Counted from the first letter of the stretch, positions 10,198-21,863 are shown. The stretch is DNA of 64,000 nt from an uncultured Candidatus Rokubacteria bacterium (GCA_963771355.1 CAVYTA010000006.1:2656001-2720000); one strand, 5' to 3'. A program made the numbers and translations. Notes: a model not told the origin generated them from the letters alone.

Positions 10198-10979
10198 CGT
10201 CGTCCCCCGTCGAAAGTGGTGCGGAGCGCGAGCATGCGGCAGAACACGCCGCCGGCCAGCGCCGCGCCGAGGTGCTTGAGGGAGTGGCCGCTCACCACTC
10301 CGCCCAGCGCGAGCACGCGCGCGTCCGCCAGCTCGAGCCCCTTGGCCGCGGCATAGATCAGCACCGCGAGGCCCCAGTACCCACCGTGCGTGTAGCGCGC
10401 GGGAAAGAGCCACGCGAGAAGCGGAATGGCCAGCATGGGAAAGAACTGCACCAGGCCGTACGCGCGAAGATCGCCGCGGCCCTGCGCCTCCCCCGCGTGC
10501 CACCAGAGCACGCTGCCCGTGCCCGCCACCAGCAGGGGGCCCAGGAGGGCGAGCCCGACGGGGGGCCCGATGCGCTCGCCGATCATGGCGGCGAAGAGGC
10601 CCATGAAGGCCACCGTCATGGGCAGCCGGTCCCACACCAGCCGGACATTGCCCGGATCCAGGTGATACCAGACCGAGCCGAGCCCGGTCAGGCCGAGACC
10701 CGCGAAGAACAGCGCCCAGGGCCAGCGCTCCCGGCCATCCACGAACGCGACGCGGCCGGCCCCACCCACGACCAGCGAGAGTCCCACGCCGCCGGCGATC
10801 AGGAAGGCGAGGTTGGACAGCACGTTGAGCGCATTGGGCACGCCCAGGAAGTGCCGGGCGTCGGCGAAGCGATGATAGGCGGGATCCTGCGGCACTGGGG
10901 GGACCCACCACGTGAGCACGAGGGCGGCCGCCGCTACCCCCAGCAAGATCCCGATCCGGCCGCGCCGTCCCGTCACCAT
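10194..10979 (-). CDS. alkaline (phyto)ceramidase-like membrane protein (CREST superfamily)
   Basis: Motifs QDPAYH.FAD, NVLSNLAF, GSVWYH, WDRLPM, GHSLKH; multiple TM segments. Confidence 0.8.
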   Translation of the reverse strand: MVTGRRGRIGILLGVAAAALVLTWWVPPVPQDPAYHRFADARHFLGVPNALNVLSNLAFLIAGGVGLSLVVGGAGRVAFVDGRERWPWALFFAGLGLTGLGSVWYHLDPGNVRLVWDRLPMTVAFMGLFAAMIGERIGPPVGLALLGPLLVAGTGSVLWWHAGEAQGRGDLRAYGLVQFFPMLAIPLLAWLFPARYTHGGYWGLAVLIYAAAKGLELADARVLALGGVVSGHSLKHLGAALAGGVFCRMLALRTTFDGGRR

Positions 10980-11007
10980 CTTCCCCCTAGGCCCTGCGGA
11001 CCCCCCT

Positions 11008-11024
11008 ATACCCTACGGGGGTAC
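11008..11024. promoter_or_regulatory. CsoR operator
   Basis: ATACCCTACGGGGGTAC: TACC-(C/G tract)-GGTA pseudo-palindrome typical of CsoR operators, ~30 bp upstream of the csoR-copA operon. Confidence 0.85.
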
Positions 11025-11072
11025 TCTACCACCGGCGTCAAGCCGGCGGCGTCACGGGGCGCGCCCGGCGGG

Positions 11073-11429
11073 CTAGGCGGGAAGGTCGGGGAAGAGCGAG
11101 GGTTGCTCGGCGGAGCCGGGAGGCCGCCGGCGCGCCTTGGGCTTCGCGGCCTTGGCCGCCCGGACGGACGCGGCCGGTCGCTCGCGACGCCGCTTCACCC
11201 AGCCCTTCTGCCGGGCGATCTTGTCCCCCTGCTTGATGAGGAGAAGGTCGACCAGACGCGCCAGCGGATTGGTGAGCAGCTCGAGGTAACGCTCCCAGTA
11301 GCGGGGGCTGTAGGCGAGCGTCTTCATCTGCTCGGCGGCCAGGGTCAGGGCGGTGCGGTCCCCCTTGCGCGCGGCGAGCCGCAGCTGCTCGAGGATCTTG
11401 GCCCGGCTGATGCGGGACGGGCGCGTCAC
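11073..11429 (-). CDS. basic hypothetical protein
   Basis: GTG overlapping the metE-like stop; helical core RAKILEQLRLAARKGD...YWERYLELL. Confidence 0.6.
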   Translation of the reverse strand: MTRPSRISRAKILEQLRLAARKGDRTALTLAAEQMKTLAYSPRYWERYLELLTNPLARLVDLLLIKQGDKIARQKGWVKRRRERPAASVRAAKAAKPKARRRPPGSAEQPSLFPDLPA

Positions 11430-12487
11430 GCCGCGCCGAGCTCGCGCCGCAGCGCGCGGGCGGCCTCGACCATGGAGCGGAGCTTGGCGAGGCCGACCCA
11501 GCGCGGCGTCTCCCACAGCCCGCAGTCGGGGACGAGCCAGAGGCGCTCGGGAGCGATGTGGCGGAGGGCGAGCCGAGCCCGCTCCACGATCTCCTCCGGG
11601 GTCTCCACGCGGAAGGCCTTGACGTCCACCACGCCCACCGCGACTTCCTTGTCGGACGGGAACTCGCCCCACAGCTCGATCTCACTCATCTCGCGATTCG
11701 CGTACTCGAAGACGAACTGGCTCACGTGAGCGTCGAGCACGCGCGGGTAGAGCGCGCGGTAGCGGCGGGGCGACGCGAAGGAGTTGTTGTGCGCGTTGCC
11801 GAAGCACACGTGCAGCGCGGTCTTGACCCGCACCCCGGCCAGGCTGGCGTTGAGCGCCTCCACCATCGGCCCCGCCTCGCCCTTCACCGTCCGGTGCTTC
11901 CCGGCCGCCATGACGTAGTTGGGCTCATCGATCTGGATGAAGTCGCAGCCGGCGGCCACCAGCGCCCGCACCTCCGCGCGGACGATCTCGATGAGGTCCG
12001 CGATGAGCGTGTCCTCGGAGGCGTACGGTCCCCCGCGGCGCAGCGGCATCAGGAGCGTGATGGGACCGGGCACGGCCACCCGCATCGGCCGCTCGGCATG
12101 AGCGCGCGCAAAGCGGAACTCGTCCACGATCCCGAGGCCCTGCGGGGCGGTGACGCGCTCCACCACGTCGTAGGGGCAGTGGCTGTCGTAGTTCGACGGC
12201 CCGATGCGGCGGGGAATGGGCAGGGCTCGAATGCCGGCCAGCCGGTCGTAGAAGCCGCGGATGAAGGTCACCCGGCGCATCTCGCCGTCCGAGATCACGT
12301 CGACCCCGGACTCCACCTGATCCCGCATCGCGATGCGGACGGCGTCGTCGTAGCACTCCTGCAGGTCCACCGGCCCCAGCCGGCCCGCCGCGGCCGCCTC
12401 GCGCACGAGGTGGAGCCAGGCGGGAAGCCCGTGGCTGCCGCAGACGGTGGTGGGGATGAGCGGCAGGGCGCCGGTGGTCATGGTCAC
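11426..12487 (-). CDS. cobalamin-independent methionine synthase II family (core MetE-like)
   Basis: Motifs DGEMRR, IQIDEP, HVCFGN, GVVDVK, PDCG (Zn ligands). Confidence 0.88.
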   Translation of the reverse strand: MTMTTGALPLIPTTVCGSHGLPAWLHLVREAAAAGRLGPVDLQECYDDAVRIAMRDQVESGVDVISDGEMRRVTFIRGFYDRLAGIRALPIPRRIGPSNYDSHCPYDVVERVTAPQGLGIVDEFRFARAHAERPMRVAVPGPITLLMPLRRGGPYASEDTLIADLIEIVRAEVRALVAAGCDFIQIDEPNYVMAAGKHRTVKGEAGPMVEALNASLAGVRVKTALHVCFGNAHNNSFASPRRYRALYPRVLDAHVSQFVFEYANREMSEIELWGEFPSDKEVAVGVVDVKAFRVETPEEIVERARLALRHIAPERLWLVPDCGLWETPRWVGLAKLRSMVEAARALRRELGAA

Positions 12488-14013
12488 CTGAAGGTCACAT
12501 CGTACTCTTCGCGGTGATAGGACGGCATGCCCTGCACGGAGATCTTTCGGCCGATGAGGGCCCGGAGCCGCTCCAGCCCCTCGCGCTCCTCCCCCTCCAG
12601 ACGGTGGGCCACATCCGGGTGCGCGTGCACCAGGACTTCCTCGCCGGAGGCGTCGGCGGCCTGCGCCTGGATCTTCCGGAAGATCTCGGCGGCGAGGGTG
12701 GCGTCGGATTTCACGTGCCCGCTTCCCTTGCAGGTGGGACAGGAGGCGTAGAACACCGAGTGGAGGTCCTGACGCGCCCGCTTGCGCGTCATTTCCACGA
12801 TGCCCAGCTCGGAGATCTCCAGCACGTTGGTGCGCGCCTTGTCGTCGGCGAGTGCGTTCGTGAGCGCGCGCGAGACCTGCGCCCGGTGCTCGGCGCGCTC
12901 CATGTCGATGAAGTCGAGGATGATGATTCCGCCCAGATCGCGGAGCCGGATCTGGCGCACCGCCTCCGCCGCCGCTTCGAGATTGATCTTGAGCACCGTC
13001 TCCTCGAAGTCGCGCTTGCCCACGTACTTCCCGGTGTTCACGTCGATGGCCACCAGGGCCTCGGTATGGTCGATGACGATGTACCCGCCGGACTTCAGCC
13101 AGACGCGCCGGCGGAGCGCCTTGTCGATCTCCTTCTCGATCCCGGTGGAGTCGAAGATCGGTGCCTTGCCCACGTAGCGCTTCACCCGGGAGGCCAGCTG
13201 CGGCACCAGCGTGTTCGCGTACTGGAGGACCTTCTCGTACCCCTCCTCGGTGTCGACGAGGAACTCCTCGACCTCGGGCGAAAAGAGGTCGCGCACCACG
13301 CGGAAGGTGAGATCCATCTCCTCGTGGAGCAGGGCGGGCGCCTTGGCCGTCTCGAAGCGCTGCTGCACCTGGCTCCAGAGTCGGCTCAGGAACTGGATGT
13401 CGGCGATGAGCTCCTCCTCGCCCTTGCCCTCCGCGACTGTTCTAACAATGAATCCCCCCGTCGGCGGCCGCACCGCCTTGACGATGCCGCGCAGCCGCTC
13501 GCGCTCCGCTTCGTCGTGGATGCGGCGGGACACGCCGATGTGGCGCGACTGGGGCATGTAGACGATGTAGCGCCCGGGGATGGAGATGAAGGAGGTGATG
13601 CGGGCGCCCTTGGAGCCCAGCGATTCCTTGGAGACCTGGGCCAGGATCTCCTGGCCCTTGCGCAGCACCTCCTCGATGGGCGCATGCAAATGGGTGACGC
13701 GGGTCTCCACCTCGCCCTCGCCGAGGTCCACGTCGCGGGTGTCGTCCTCCTCGCCCGCCCCCGCCTGGTCATCTTCCTCGCCGAGGTTGGCGGTGTAGTC
13801 CCCGCCGTAGAGAAAGGCGTCCTTGCTCAGCCCGATCTCGACGAAGGCCGCCTGCATGCCGGGGAGGACGTTGGTGACCACGCCCTTGTAGATGCTTCCC
13901 ACGATGGAGCGGCGGCGGGCGCGCTCGACGTAGAGCTCGGTGAGCTGGTTATTGTCCTGCACGGCGAGACGGGTCTCCGTCACGCCTACGTTCACGACGA
14001 TCCGCTTTCCCAC
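12484..14013 (-). CDS. rng: Rne/Rng family ribonuclease (RNase G)
   Basis: Motifs GSIYKGVV..VLPGMQAAFV, IDVNTG, LRDLGGIIILDFIDM, CPTC.G.G. Confidence 0.93.
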   Translation of the reverse strand: MGKRIVVNVGVTETRLAVQDNNQLTELYVERARRRSIVGSIYKGVVTNVLPGMQAAFVEIGLSKDAFLYGGDYTANLGEEDDQAGAGEEDDTRDVDLGEGEVETRVTHLHAPIEEVLRKGQEILAQVSKESLGSKGARITSFISIPGRYIVYMPQSRHIGVSRRIHDEAERERLRGIVKAVRPPTGGFIVRTVAEGKGEEELIADIQFLSRLWSQVQQRFETAKAPALLHEEMDLTFRVVRDLFSPEVEEFLVDTEEGYEKVLQYANTLVPQLASRVKRYVGKAPIFDSTGIEKEIDKALRRRVWLKSGGYIVIDHTEALVAIDVNTGKYVGKRDFEETVLKINLEAAAEAVRQIRLRDLGGIIILDFIDMERAEHRAQVSRALTNALADDKARTNVLEISELGIVEMTRKRARQDLHSVFYASCPTCKGSGHVKSDATLAAEIFRKIQAQAADASGEEVLVHAHPDVAHRLEGEEREGLERLRALIGRKISVQGMPSYHREEYDVTFR

Positions 14014-14059
14014 GGCAGCCCCCGACGGGCCCGGCGCGGCGCCGGCCCGGCTGTTCGGG

Positions 14060-15145
14060 TTACTGGAACTGCCGCATTCGAACCGAGAGGAGGAGCCCCA
14101 GAGCCATGAGGGACACCACCATGGACGATCCCCCGTAGCTCATGAACGGGAGCGGAATGCCGACCACCGGCAACAGCCCCGTCACCATGCCCAGGTTGAT
14201 CAGCGTCTGGGTGGCGAACAGCGCAGTGATGCCCAGGGCGACGATGCGTCCCCGAGGCTCACGGGCGCCCGCGGCGATCTCGAACCCCCGAAGCACCAGG
14301 AGCCCGTACGCCATGATCAGGACGAGACAGCCCGCGAAGCCCCACATCTCAGCGAACACGGCGAAAATAAAATCCGTATGCCGCTCCGGGAGGAAGGCGA
14401 GACGGCTCTGCGTCGCACCGCTGACCCCCTTGCCCAGGAGCTGGCCGGAACCGATGGCAATCTTTGCCTGGATCACATTGTACGCCGTTCCGAGCGGATC
14501 GCGGAACGGGTCGATGTACACGAGAAGACGCTCCCGCTGGTACTCCTTCAGGGCGAACCAGGCCACCGGCATGAAGGCCAGCCCGGCGGCGATGAGGGCG
14601 GCGAAGATCTTGAGCCGCATGCCCACCCCGATGAGCACGGCGGCCAGCACCGGCAGGAGCACCAGCGCGGTGCCGAGGTCGGGCTGCCGCACCACGAGGA
14701 TGAAGGGCACCCCCACCAGCGCGGCGGTGGCGATCAAGGCCCCACGCGAGAGCGGCCGGCCCCACCGCGAGGTGAGGGCCCACGCCAGCGTGAGCACGAA
14801 GATGATCTTGAACAGCTCCGACGGCTGCACGGTGAAGGGGCCGAGGTGTATCCAGCGGCGCGCGCCGGACACGGTCCGGCCCAGGATGAAGACGGTGAGC
14901 AGCAGGCCCACCCCGAACACGTAGAAGGCGGGCGCGGCCCGCACGAGGTTGCGGTAGTCGAGCGCCACCACGACGAGCAGCGCCACCGAGCCCACCCCCA
15001 CCCACACCAGCTGGCGGAAGGCGATGCCGCCGGTCGGCGAGAGGCTCCAGAGCGAGATGAAGCTCAGGCAGATGAGGACCAGCGCGGCGGTGAGCAGCGG
15101 CCAGTCGACGTTCTGGAGGAGGCGGCGGTCGATCCGGAGGATCAC
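14060..15145 (-). CDS. rodA: rod shape-determining protein RodA
   Basis: Motifs GARRWI, QPSELFK, QPDLGT, FLPERHTDFIF, PLPFMSYGGSS; follows PBP2. Confidence 0.93.
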   Translation of the reverse strand: MILRIDRRLLQNVDWPLLTAALVLICLSFISLWSLSPTGGIAFRQLVWVGVGSVALLVVVALDYRNLVRAAPAFYVFGVGLLLTVFILGRTVSGARRWIHLGPFTVQPSELFKIIFVLTLAWALTSRWGRPLSRGALIATAALVGVPFILVVRQPDLGTALVLLPVLAAVLIGVGMRLKIFAALIAAGLAFMPVAWFALKEYQRERLLVYIDPFRDPLGTAYNVIQAKIAIGSGQLLGKGVSGATQSRLAFLPERHTDFIFAVFAEMWGFAGCLVLIMAYGLLVLRGFEIAAGAREPRGRIVALGITALFATQTLINLGMVTGLLPVVGIPLPFMSYGGSSMVVSLMALGLLLSVRMRQFQ

Positions 15146-16947
15146 GAACCCGTGCCCAGCACGGCCATGGCCACCTTCTCGAGGAAGATGGCCTGGTAGA
15201 TCTGGCGCGCGATGGGCGCGGCGACGGCTCCGCCGTGGCCCCCGCCCTCGACGAACACCACCACGACCACCTGCGGGTCGTTGACGGGAGCGAAGGAGGC
15301 GAACCAGGCGTGGTCCTGACCCTTGGCGCTGCTGCTGTTGGCGATGGTCTGGGCGGTGCCGGTCTTGCCCCCGATCTCGAGGCCGGGCAGCCGCGCCGCC
15401 ACGCCGGTGCCGACCGCGTCGTTGACCACCCCGGACATCGACTGACGCAGGAAGGCCCACACGACCGGCGACAGGTCCACCTGCCCGTTCATGCGGGTTG
15501 ACTCGGAGTAGGCGAGCTTGCCGTCGGGGCGTTCCACTCGTTGAATGAGCCGGGGTTTCCAGAGCACGCCCCCGTTGGCGATGGCCGCCGTCATGCGCGC
15601 GACCTGGATCGGCGTCACCAGCAGCGCCCCCTGGCCGATGGACATGTTCAGCGTGTCGCCGGAATGCCAGGGTCGCCCCCGTTCCTTGCGGCCCTCGGGG
15701 GACGGCACCAGCCCGGGCTTCTCGCCGGGCAGATCCACCCCGGTGGCATCGCCGAGCCCGAACGCGCGCGCGTAGCGGGCGATGGCCTCGGGCCCCACCT
15801 TGAGCCCGTACTGGTAGAAGAAGACGTCGCACGACTGGACCACCGCGCCGCGCAGGTCCACGTGGCCGTGACCACCCGGCTTCCAGTCCTTCCAGGTCCG
15901 CGTGCCGGACGTGTACTCGCCGTTGCAGTAGACCCGGTCCATCGGCGTGAGACTGCCTTCCTGCAGCCCCGCCGCCGTCACGATCATCTTGAACACCGAG
16001 CCCGGCGGGTACTGGCCCTGCAGCGAGCGATTGAGCAGCGGATGCGCGGGATCCTTCACCAGACGCACCCAGGCGTCCCGGTCGATGTTACCGGCGAAGG
16101 CGTCGAGGCCGAAAGCGGGACTCGAGGTCAGCGCGAGGATGTCGCCGCTTTTCGGGTCCATGACCACCACCGAGCCCGAGCGGCCGAACATCGCGCGCTC
16201 CGCCGCCTCCTGGATGCGGCGGTCCACCGTGGTGACGACCTGGGCTCCGGGCCGAGGCTCCTCGCGCTGCATCAGCTGGACCGATCGCCCGAAGGCGTCG
16301 ACTTCGATGCGCTCGCCTCCGTCACGGCCGCGGAGGTGCTCGTCGAGGAGACGCTCCAGCCCGGTCTGGCCGATCATGTCGCCGCGCCGGTAGCGGCCTT
16401 GCTTCATCTGCTCCTCGCTCACCTCCCGCACATAGCCGAGGACGTGCGCGGCGAAGGTGCTGGTGGGATACACGCGCTGCGGCTCCACCTCGACCACGAC
16501 CCCGGGGAGGTCCAGCTTGGACTCCTCCACCTTGGCCACGTCCTCGAGGGAGAGATTGCGGCGGATGCGCACCGGTCGGAGCGAGTCGGCGGACACCTTG
16601 GCGAGCGAGTCCTGCAGCTCGGCCAGCGGGATCTTGAGCATGACCGCGAGGCGGGCCAGCACGGAGTTGCGGTCCTCCATCTCGCGCGGGATGAACGAGA
16701 GCGTGAAGGCAGGGCGGTTGTCGACGAGGGCCAGACCATTCCGGTCGAAGAGGATCCCGCGGGGCGCCGCCACCGGCCGCACGCGAATGCGGTTCTTCTC
16801 CGACATGTCGCGGAACTTCGTGCCCTCGAGGACCTGGAGGTACCAGAGCTGACCCAGCAGCAATACGAAGCCCGCCGCCCCCATCACGGTGAGGGTGAGA
16901 ACGCGCTTGCTCCACGCGTCCCGCCGAGTCCCCGGTCCGCCCGCCAT
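15142..16947 (-). CDS. mrdA: penicillin-binding protein 2
   Basis: Motifs PRGILFDRNG, PGSVFK, SCD, KTGTAQ; in mre operon. Confidence 0.95.
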   Translation of the reverse strand: MAGGPGTRRDAWSKRVLTLTVMGAAGFVLLLGQLWYLQVLEGTKFRDMSEKNRIRVRPVAAPRGILFDRNGLALVDNRPAFTLSFIPREMEDRNSVLARLAVMLKIPLAELQDSLAKVSADSLRPVRIRRNLSLEDVAKVEESKLDLPGVVVEVEPQRVYPTSTFAAHVLGYVREVSEEQMKQGRYRRGDMIGQTGLERLLDEHLRGRDGGERIEVDAFGRSVQLMQREEPRPGAQVVTTVDRRIQEAAERAMFGRSGSVVVMDPKSGDILALTSSPAFGLDAFAGNIDRDAWVRLVKDPAHPLLNRSLQGQYPPGSVFKMIVTAAGLQEGSLTPMDRVYCNGEYTSGTRTWKDWKPGGHGHVDLRGAVVQSCDVFFYQYGLKVGPEAIARYARAFGLGDATGVDLPGEKPGLVPSPEGRKERGRPWHSGDTLNMSIGQGALLVTPIQVARMTAAIANGGVLWKPRLIQRVERPDGKLAYSESTRMNGQVDLSPVVWAFLRQSMSGVVNDAVGTGVAARLPGLEIGGKTGTAQTIANSSSAKGQDHAWFASFAPVNDPQVVVVVFVEGGGHGGAVAAPIARQIYQAIFLEKVAMAVLGTGS

Positions 16948-16956
16948 CGCGCTGGC

Positions 16957-17463
16957 CTATCGTCTCCGCGGTGAGTGCCACTCGATCTGCGCGCGCACCG
17001 CTTCCGAGGCGGTCATCGCGAGCAGACAGGCGGCGCCGAGAACGCCGTTGTACAGCGCCTGCGGGAGGATCACGTCCACGAGCAGCGCGGGCAGGCTGGC
17101 CGGGTAGTGGAAGAGCTGCAGCAGACCGAAGCGCAGGAACCCTTCCGCCACCGTGAGGAGCACGAGCCCGGGCACCTGTACCAGCGGGTTGGCCACGGAG
17201 AGCCGGCCGCCCGCGAGCCCGAGGGTGAAGCCGGCGACCGCCTTGGTGAGGGCCTGGATGCCGACGAGGCCGCCCGCGCTCACGTCCTGGAGGAGCCCGG
17301 CGAAGAAGCCCGCCACGCAGCCGGCCTCCGGCCCGCGGCGCAGCGCCCAGAACACCGTCATCATGAAGGGCAGATCCGGCGTCGCCCCCGCCACCGAGAG
17401 CATCTGGACGACATTGGTCTGCGCCACGCTGCCGCCCAGGGTGAAGAGGAGGAGCCAGCGCAT
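16957..17463 (-). CDS. mreD: rod shape-determining protein MreD
   Basis: Hydrophobic; PDL and GLLQD motifs; position in operon. Confidence 0.88.
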   Translation of the reverse strand: MRWLLLFTLGGSVAQTNVVQMLSVAGATPDLPFMMTVFWALRRGPEAGCVAGFFAGLLQDVSAGGLVGIQALTKAVAGFTLGLAGGRLSVANPLVQVPGLVLLTVAEGFLRFGLLQLFHYPASLPALLVDVILPQALYNGVLGAACLLAMTASEAVRAQIEWHSPRRR

Positions 17464-17464
17464 G

Positions 17465-18307
17465 CTAGCCGTCCTGCCGTGGGAACAGCGCGGCCAGATC
17501 CTGGCTGGTCTGGCCGGTGAGGAGCAGCACTTCCTCCACGCGCGCGAAGTCCACCACCGGGGCCAGCACCGCGAAGTGGAAGAGCGCCGAACCCTTGTCC
17601 TCGATCGCGATCACGCGCCCGACGGGCAGGCCCTTGGGGAAGACGTTTCCCTGCCCGGAGGTCACCACGGTGTCGCCGACCACGATGCCGGCGCCGTCAC
17701 GCGCCATGAACTTGAAGCGAACGGCCCCCCCGGGATCACCCTCCACTAGACCGGGAGTGCGCGTCCGCTGGACCATGGCGCCCACCGTCGAGGCGGGGTC
17801 GTTGAGCAGCTGCACCACCGAGGCGCCCGGCCGCACGCGGACCACCCGGCCCACCAGGCCGTCCGGCACGATCACCGGGGTCTGGGTGGCGATTCCCTCG
17901 CCGAGGCCACGGTTGACGGTGAGAGCGCGCACCCAGCCGCCGCCCTCCCGTCCGATCACCTCGCCGGTCATGGTCGTGATGGGCAGTCGCTCCCGCAGGC
18001 CGAGCAGGCGCCGGAGTCGGTCGTTCTCGTCGCGAGTCTCGGCGACCTGGAGGGAATGCACGCGGAGCCGCTCGTTCTCGGCGCGCAGCTCCGAATTCTC
18101 GCTCCACGACGCTCGCCACTCCCGGTAGCTCCCCCACAGTCCGACGGCGGTGCGATGGATCTTGGTGAGCACGACCTGGGCGGGAGTGGTGAGGATGGAC
18201 ACGAAGTCCGCGGCCCGCCCCGTCCCGCCCCCGCGCGTCTGCACGGTGAGGAGCACCAGGCAGACCAGGAGCACGCAGATGAGGAGACCATACCGTCGAA
18301 CTTTCAC
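17465..18307 (-). CDS. mreC: rod shape-determining protein MreC
   Basis: Motifs ENDRLRRLL, GLVGRV, VTSG...FPKGLPVG. Confidence 0.92.
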   Translation of the reverse strand: MKVRRYGLLICVLLVCLVLLTVQTRGGGTGRAADFVSILTTPAQVVLTKIHRTAVGLWGSYREWRASWSENSELRAENERLRVHSLQVAETRDENDRLRRLLGLRERLPITTMTGEVIGREGGGWVRALTVNRGLGEGIATQTPVIVPDGLVGRVVRVRPGASVVQLLNDPASTVGAMVQRTRTPGLVEGDPGGAVRFKFMARDGAGIVVGDTVVTSGQGNVFPKGLPVGRVIAIEDKGSALFHFAVLAPVVDFARVEEVLLLTGQTSQDLAALFPRQDG

Positions 18308-18361
18308 CGAGGGTCACCCAGGAGGCGACCGGCCGCACGATGCGCTCCCGGGGAGCGGGTG

Positions 18362-19441
<1,080 letters not shown>

Positions 19442-19678
19442 TCAATCTAGCACTCGCCCAACTTTGGAACAAGAGAAACGTTTGCGATTTCAGGAAGATG
19501 GACGTCACTAACCCAACACTGTCCCCTGACATGTCAGCTTGGCGACACTCCGGGCGGCCCAGGCTACCCACGAAATCGGCGTTCTTTCCGGGGGTTAACC
19601 GAGGGAGGGACCAGCGGTTGTTTCCAGGTCAGCCGGTCGTGCGTCTGGGGGTCCAACGCCGCCCGGGGAGGGGGAGCC

Positions 19679-20224
19679 CTAGCGGGCGGGCAGGCCGGGC
19701 AGGATCTTGTCGCGATAGAGGCGTACGGCGTCCCGGATCACATGCTCCGCATCCACCCGCCCGCGGATGTGGTCGATGTCCACCGACTTGTCTTCCAGGA
19801 TTTTGTAGTCGAGGAAGAAACGCTGCATCTCCTTGAGGCGGTGCGGCGGCAGCTCGGACACGTCGCGGTAGTGTGCGTACTCCGGGTCGTCCACGTGGAT
19901 GGCGATGACCTTGTCGTCCTGGCCCTTGTCGTCCCGCATGGTGATCACGCCGATGGCCTTCGCGCGCAGGATGCAGAGCGGCACCACCGGTTCCTGGCCG
20001 AGGACGAGCACGTCGAGCGGATCGCCGTCGTCGCAGTAGGTCTGGGGGAGGAAGCCGTAGTTCGCGGGGTAGTGCACCGCGGAGTGCAGCACCCGGTCGA
20101 GCCAGAGCAGGCCGGTGACCTTGTCGAGCTCGTACTTGATCTTCGAGCCCTTGGGTATCTCGATGACGCAGCGGAAGTCCCGGGCGATGTCGTTCCCCAG
20201 AGCCACATCGTGCCAGGGATGCAT
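19679..20224 (-). CDS. ppa: family I inorganic pyrophosphatase
   Basis: Motifs HPWHD, KYELDK, YPANYGF, DGDPLDV, DDK. Confidence 0.95.
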   Translation of the reverse strand: MHPWHDVALGNDIARDFRCVIEIPKGSKIKYELDKVTGLLWLDRVLHSAVHYPANYGFLPQTYCDDGDPLDVLVLGQEPVVPLCILRAKAIGVITMRDDKGQDDKVIAIHVDDPEYAHYRDVSELPPHRLKEMQRFFLDYKILEDKSVDIDHIRGRVDAEHVIRDAVRLYRDKILPGLPAR

Positions 20225-20278
20225 GACGCCCCAGTGTGGCATGCGGTCCGAAGCTGTGCCAAGATGCGTCCCTTCGCG

Positions 20279-21310
20279 ATGGACGACTTCGAGATCTGGT
20301 TCGACAAGGGCGTCACCGACGGCCTGCCGGTGGTCCCGCCCACACGCGAGCGGGTGGAGCGCATGCTCGCGGGCACCCGGCGCGAGCGCAGCGCGCTGGC
20401 GGGGGAGATGCCGCCCAACTACGGCCGCGCCACCGTGGAGCGCGTCGCCGTCAATGCGGTGATGGCGGGGTGCCGACCCGACTATCTCCCGGTGGTGCTC
20501 GCGACGGTGGAAGCGGCCTGCGATCCCGCCTTCGCGCTACACGGCATGTCCACCTCCACCCACTTCTCGGCTCCCCTCATCGTGATCAATGGCCCGATCC
20601 GGGCGCGCCTCGGGGTCAATTGCTCCTTCGGGGTCTTCGGCCCCGGCTATCGCGCCAACGCCACCATCGGGCGGGCGCTGCGGCTGGCCATGATCAATAT
20701 CGGCGGGGCCAAGCCCGGCGAGACCTCCATGTCCACCTTCGGCCATCCCGGCCGCTACACCTACTGCATCGGCGAATACGAGGAGGCCAGCCCCTGGCCC
20801 CCGCTCGCGTTGGAGCGCGGCGTCGAGGCTGGACGCAGCGCGGTGACGCTCTTCGCGGGCGAGGCGCCCCACGGTATCTCCGACCATGCCAGCCGTACCG
20901 CCCGGGCGCTCGCCGGGTCCATAGGGTGGTCCATGGCCGGTCTCTGGAACATCAAGCACTTCCCGCTCTACTCCCACACCATGGTCGTGGTCGGGCCCGA
21001 GCACGCCCGCACCTTTGCCGACGACGGCTGGAGCAAGGAGGATCTCAAGCGGCACCTGCACGAGACGGTGCGCGTCCCGTATCGCACCCTCCTGCCGGAC
21101 GCCGACAACGGCGAGGGCACGAATCTCCGCTTCGCCAAGGGCCGGGAGCCGGCTCCGGACACGCTGGTCTCCAAGTTTCCCTCGGTGGCGGAGCTCCACG
21201 TGGTGGTCGCCGGCGGCACCGCCGGCCGCTTCTCGATGGCCATACCGGGCTGGCTGGGCACCAAGAACGGCTCCACCCCGGTCACGGTGGCCATCGATGA
21301 CGATCCTTGA
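20279..21310 (+). CDS. conserved hypothetical protein ([10 protein letters not shown] family)
   Basis: Motifs [36 protein letters not shown]. Confidence 0.75.
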   Translation: MDDFEIWFDKGVTDGLPVVPPTRERVERMLAGTRRERSALAGEMPPNYGRATVERVAVNAVMAGCRPDYLPVVLATVEAACDPAFALHGMSTSTHFSAPLIVINGPIRARLGVNCSFGVFGPGYRANATIGRALRLAMINIGGAKPGETSMSTFGHPGRYTYCIGEYEEASPWPPLALERGVEAGRSAVTLFAGEAPHGISDHASRTARALAGSIGWSMAGLWNIKHFPLYSHTMVVVGPEHARTFADDGWSKEDLKRHLHETVRVPYRTLLPDADNGEGTNLRFAKGREPAPDTLVSKFPSVAELHVVVAGGTAGRFSMAIPGWLGTKNGSTPVTVAIDDDP

Positions 21311-21335
21311 CGGGGGAACCCGAATACGCTATGTT
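21307..21335 (+). promoter_or_regulatory. sigma70-type promoter of csp gene 1
   Basis: TTGACG-17 bp-TATGTT. Confidence 0.7.
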
Positions 21336-21526
21336 TCCAGCAGGTCGCAGGGTCACTCGGTAGCAACCGATTCGTAGCGAACAGCCGTCGCTAGGCTCGA
21401 GTTCAATGCCGCGGGGACCTCAGGTCCCGCGGCGTTTTTTGTTTGACCCTCCATTCCTGGAGGGAGCCCCCGCCATGGTGGCGGGGTAACACAGGGGCGA
21501 AGCCCCAGAAGAAAGAGGGAGTAGAA

Positions 21527-21730
21527 ATGGCTCAGGGTACGGTCAAGTGGTTCAACGACGCGAAGGGGTTTGGCTTCATCTCCCAGGAGGGCGGCGAAGA
21601 CGTGTTCGTGCACTTCAGCGCCATCCAGGCCCAGGGCTTCAAGAGCCTGGCCGAGGGTGACAAGGTCGAGTTCGAGGTTACTCGCGGTCCCAAGGGACTG
21701 CAGGCGGCCAACGTTCGTCGCGCGTCGTAG
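21527..21730 (+). CDS. cspA: cold-shock protein (CspA family), copy 1
   Basis: [18 protein letters not shown]...DVFVHFSAI (RNP1/RNP2). Confidence 0.95.
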   Translation: MAQGTVKWFNDAKGFGFISQEGGEDVFVHFSAIQAQGFKSLAEGDKVEFEVTRGPKGLQAANVRRAS

Positions 21731-21771
21731 GACCCTTCGATAGGGACCCAAAGGGTCCCCGAAACGGTCAG

Positions 21772-21816
21772 AACGGCCGGGTTCCCAAGGAGTTGGGGCC
21801 CCGGCCGTTTCCCTTT
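21772..21816 (+). terminator. hairpin, probable terminator after csp1
   Basis: AACGGCCGG...CCGGCCGTT stem followed by TCCCTTT. Confidence 0.55.
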
Positions 21817-21833
21817 GAAGGCCAACAAGCTGC

Positions 21834-21863
21834 TTGACAGGCGGGCAGCCCGATTGTTAAGTT
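21834..21863 (+). promoter_or_regulatory. sigma70-type promoter of csp gene 2
   Basis: TTGACA-18 bp-TAAGTT with extended TG. Confidence 0.7.

Noticed and set aside
19448..19455. CIRCE half-site (TAGCACTC) upstream of mreB
   Set aside because: No second arm at 9-bp spacing.
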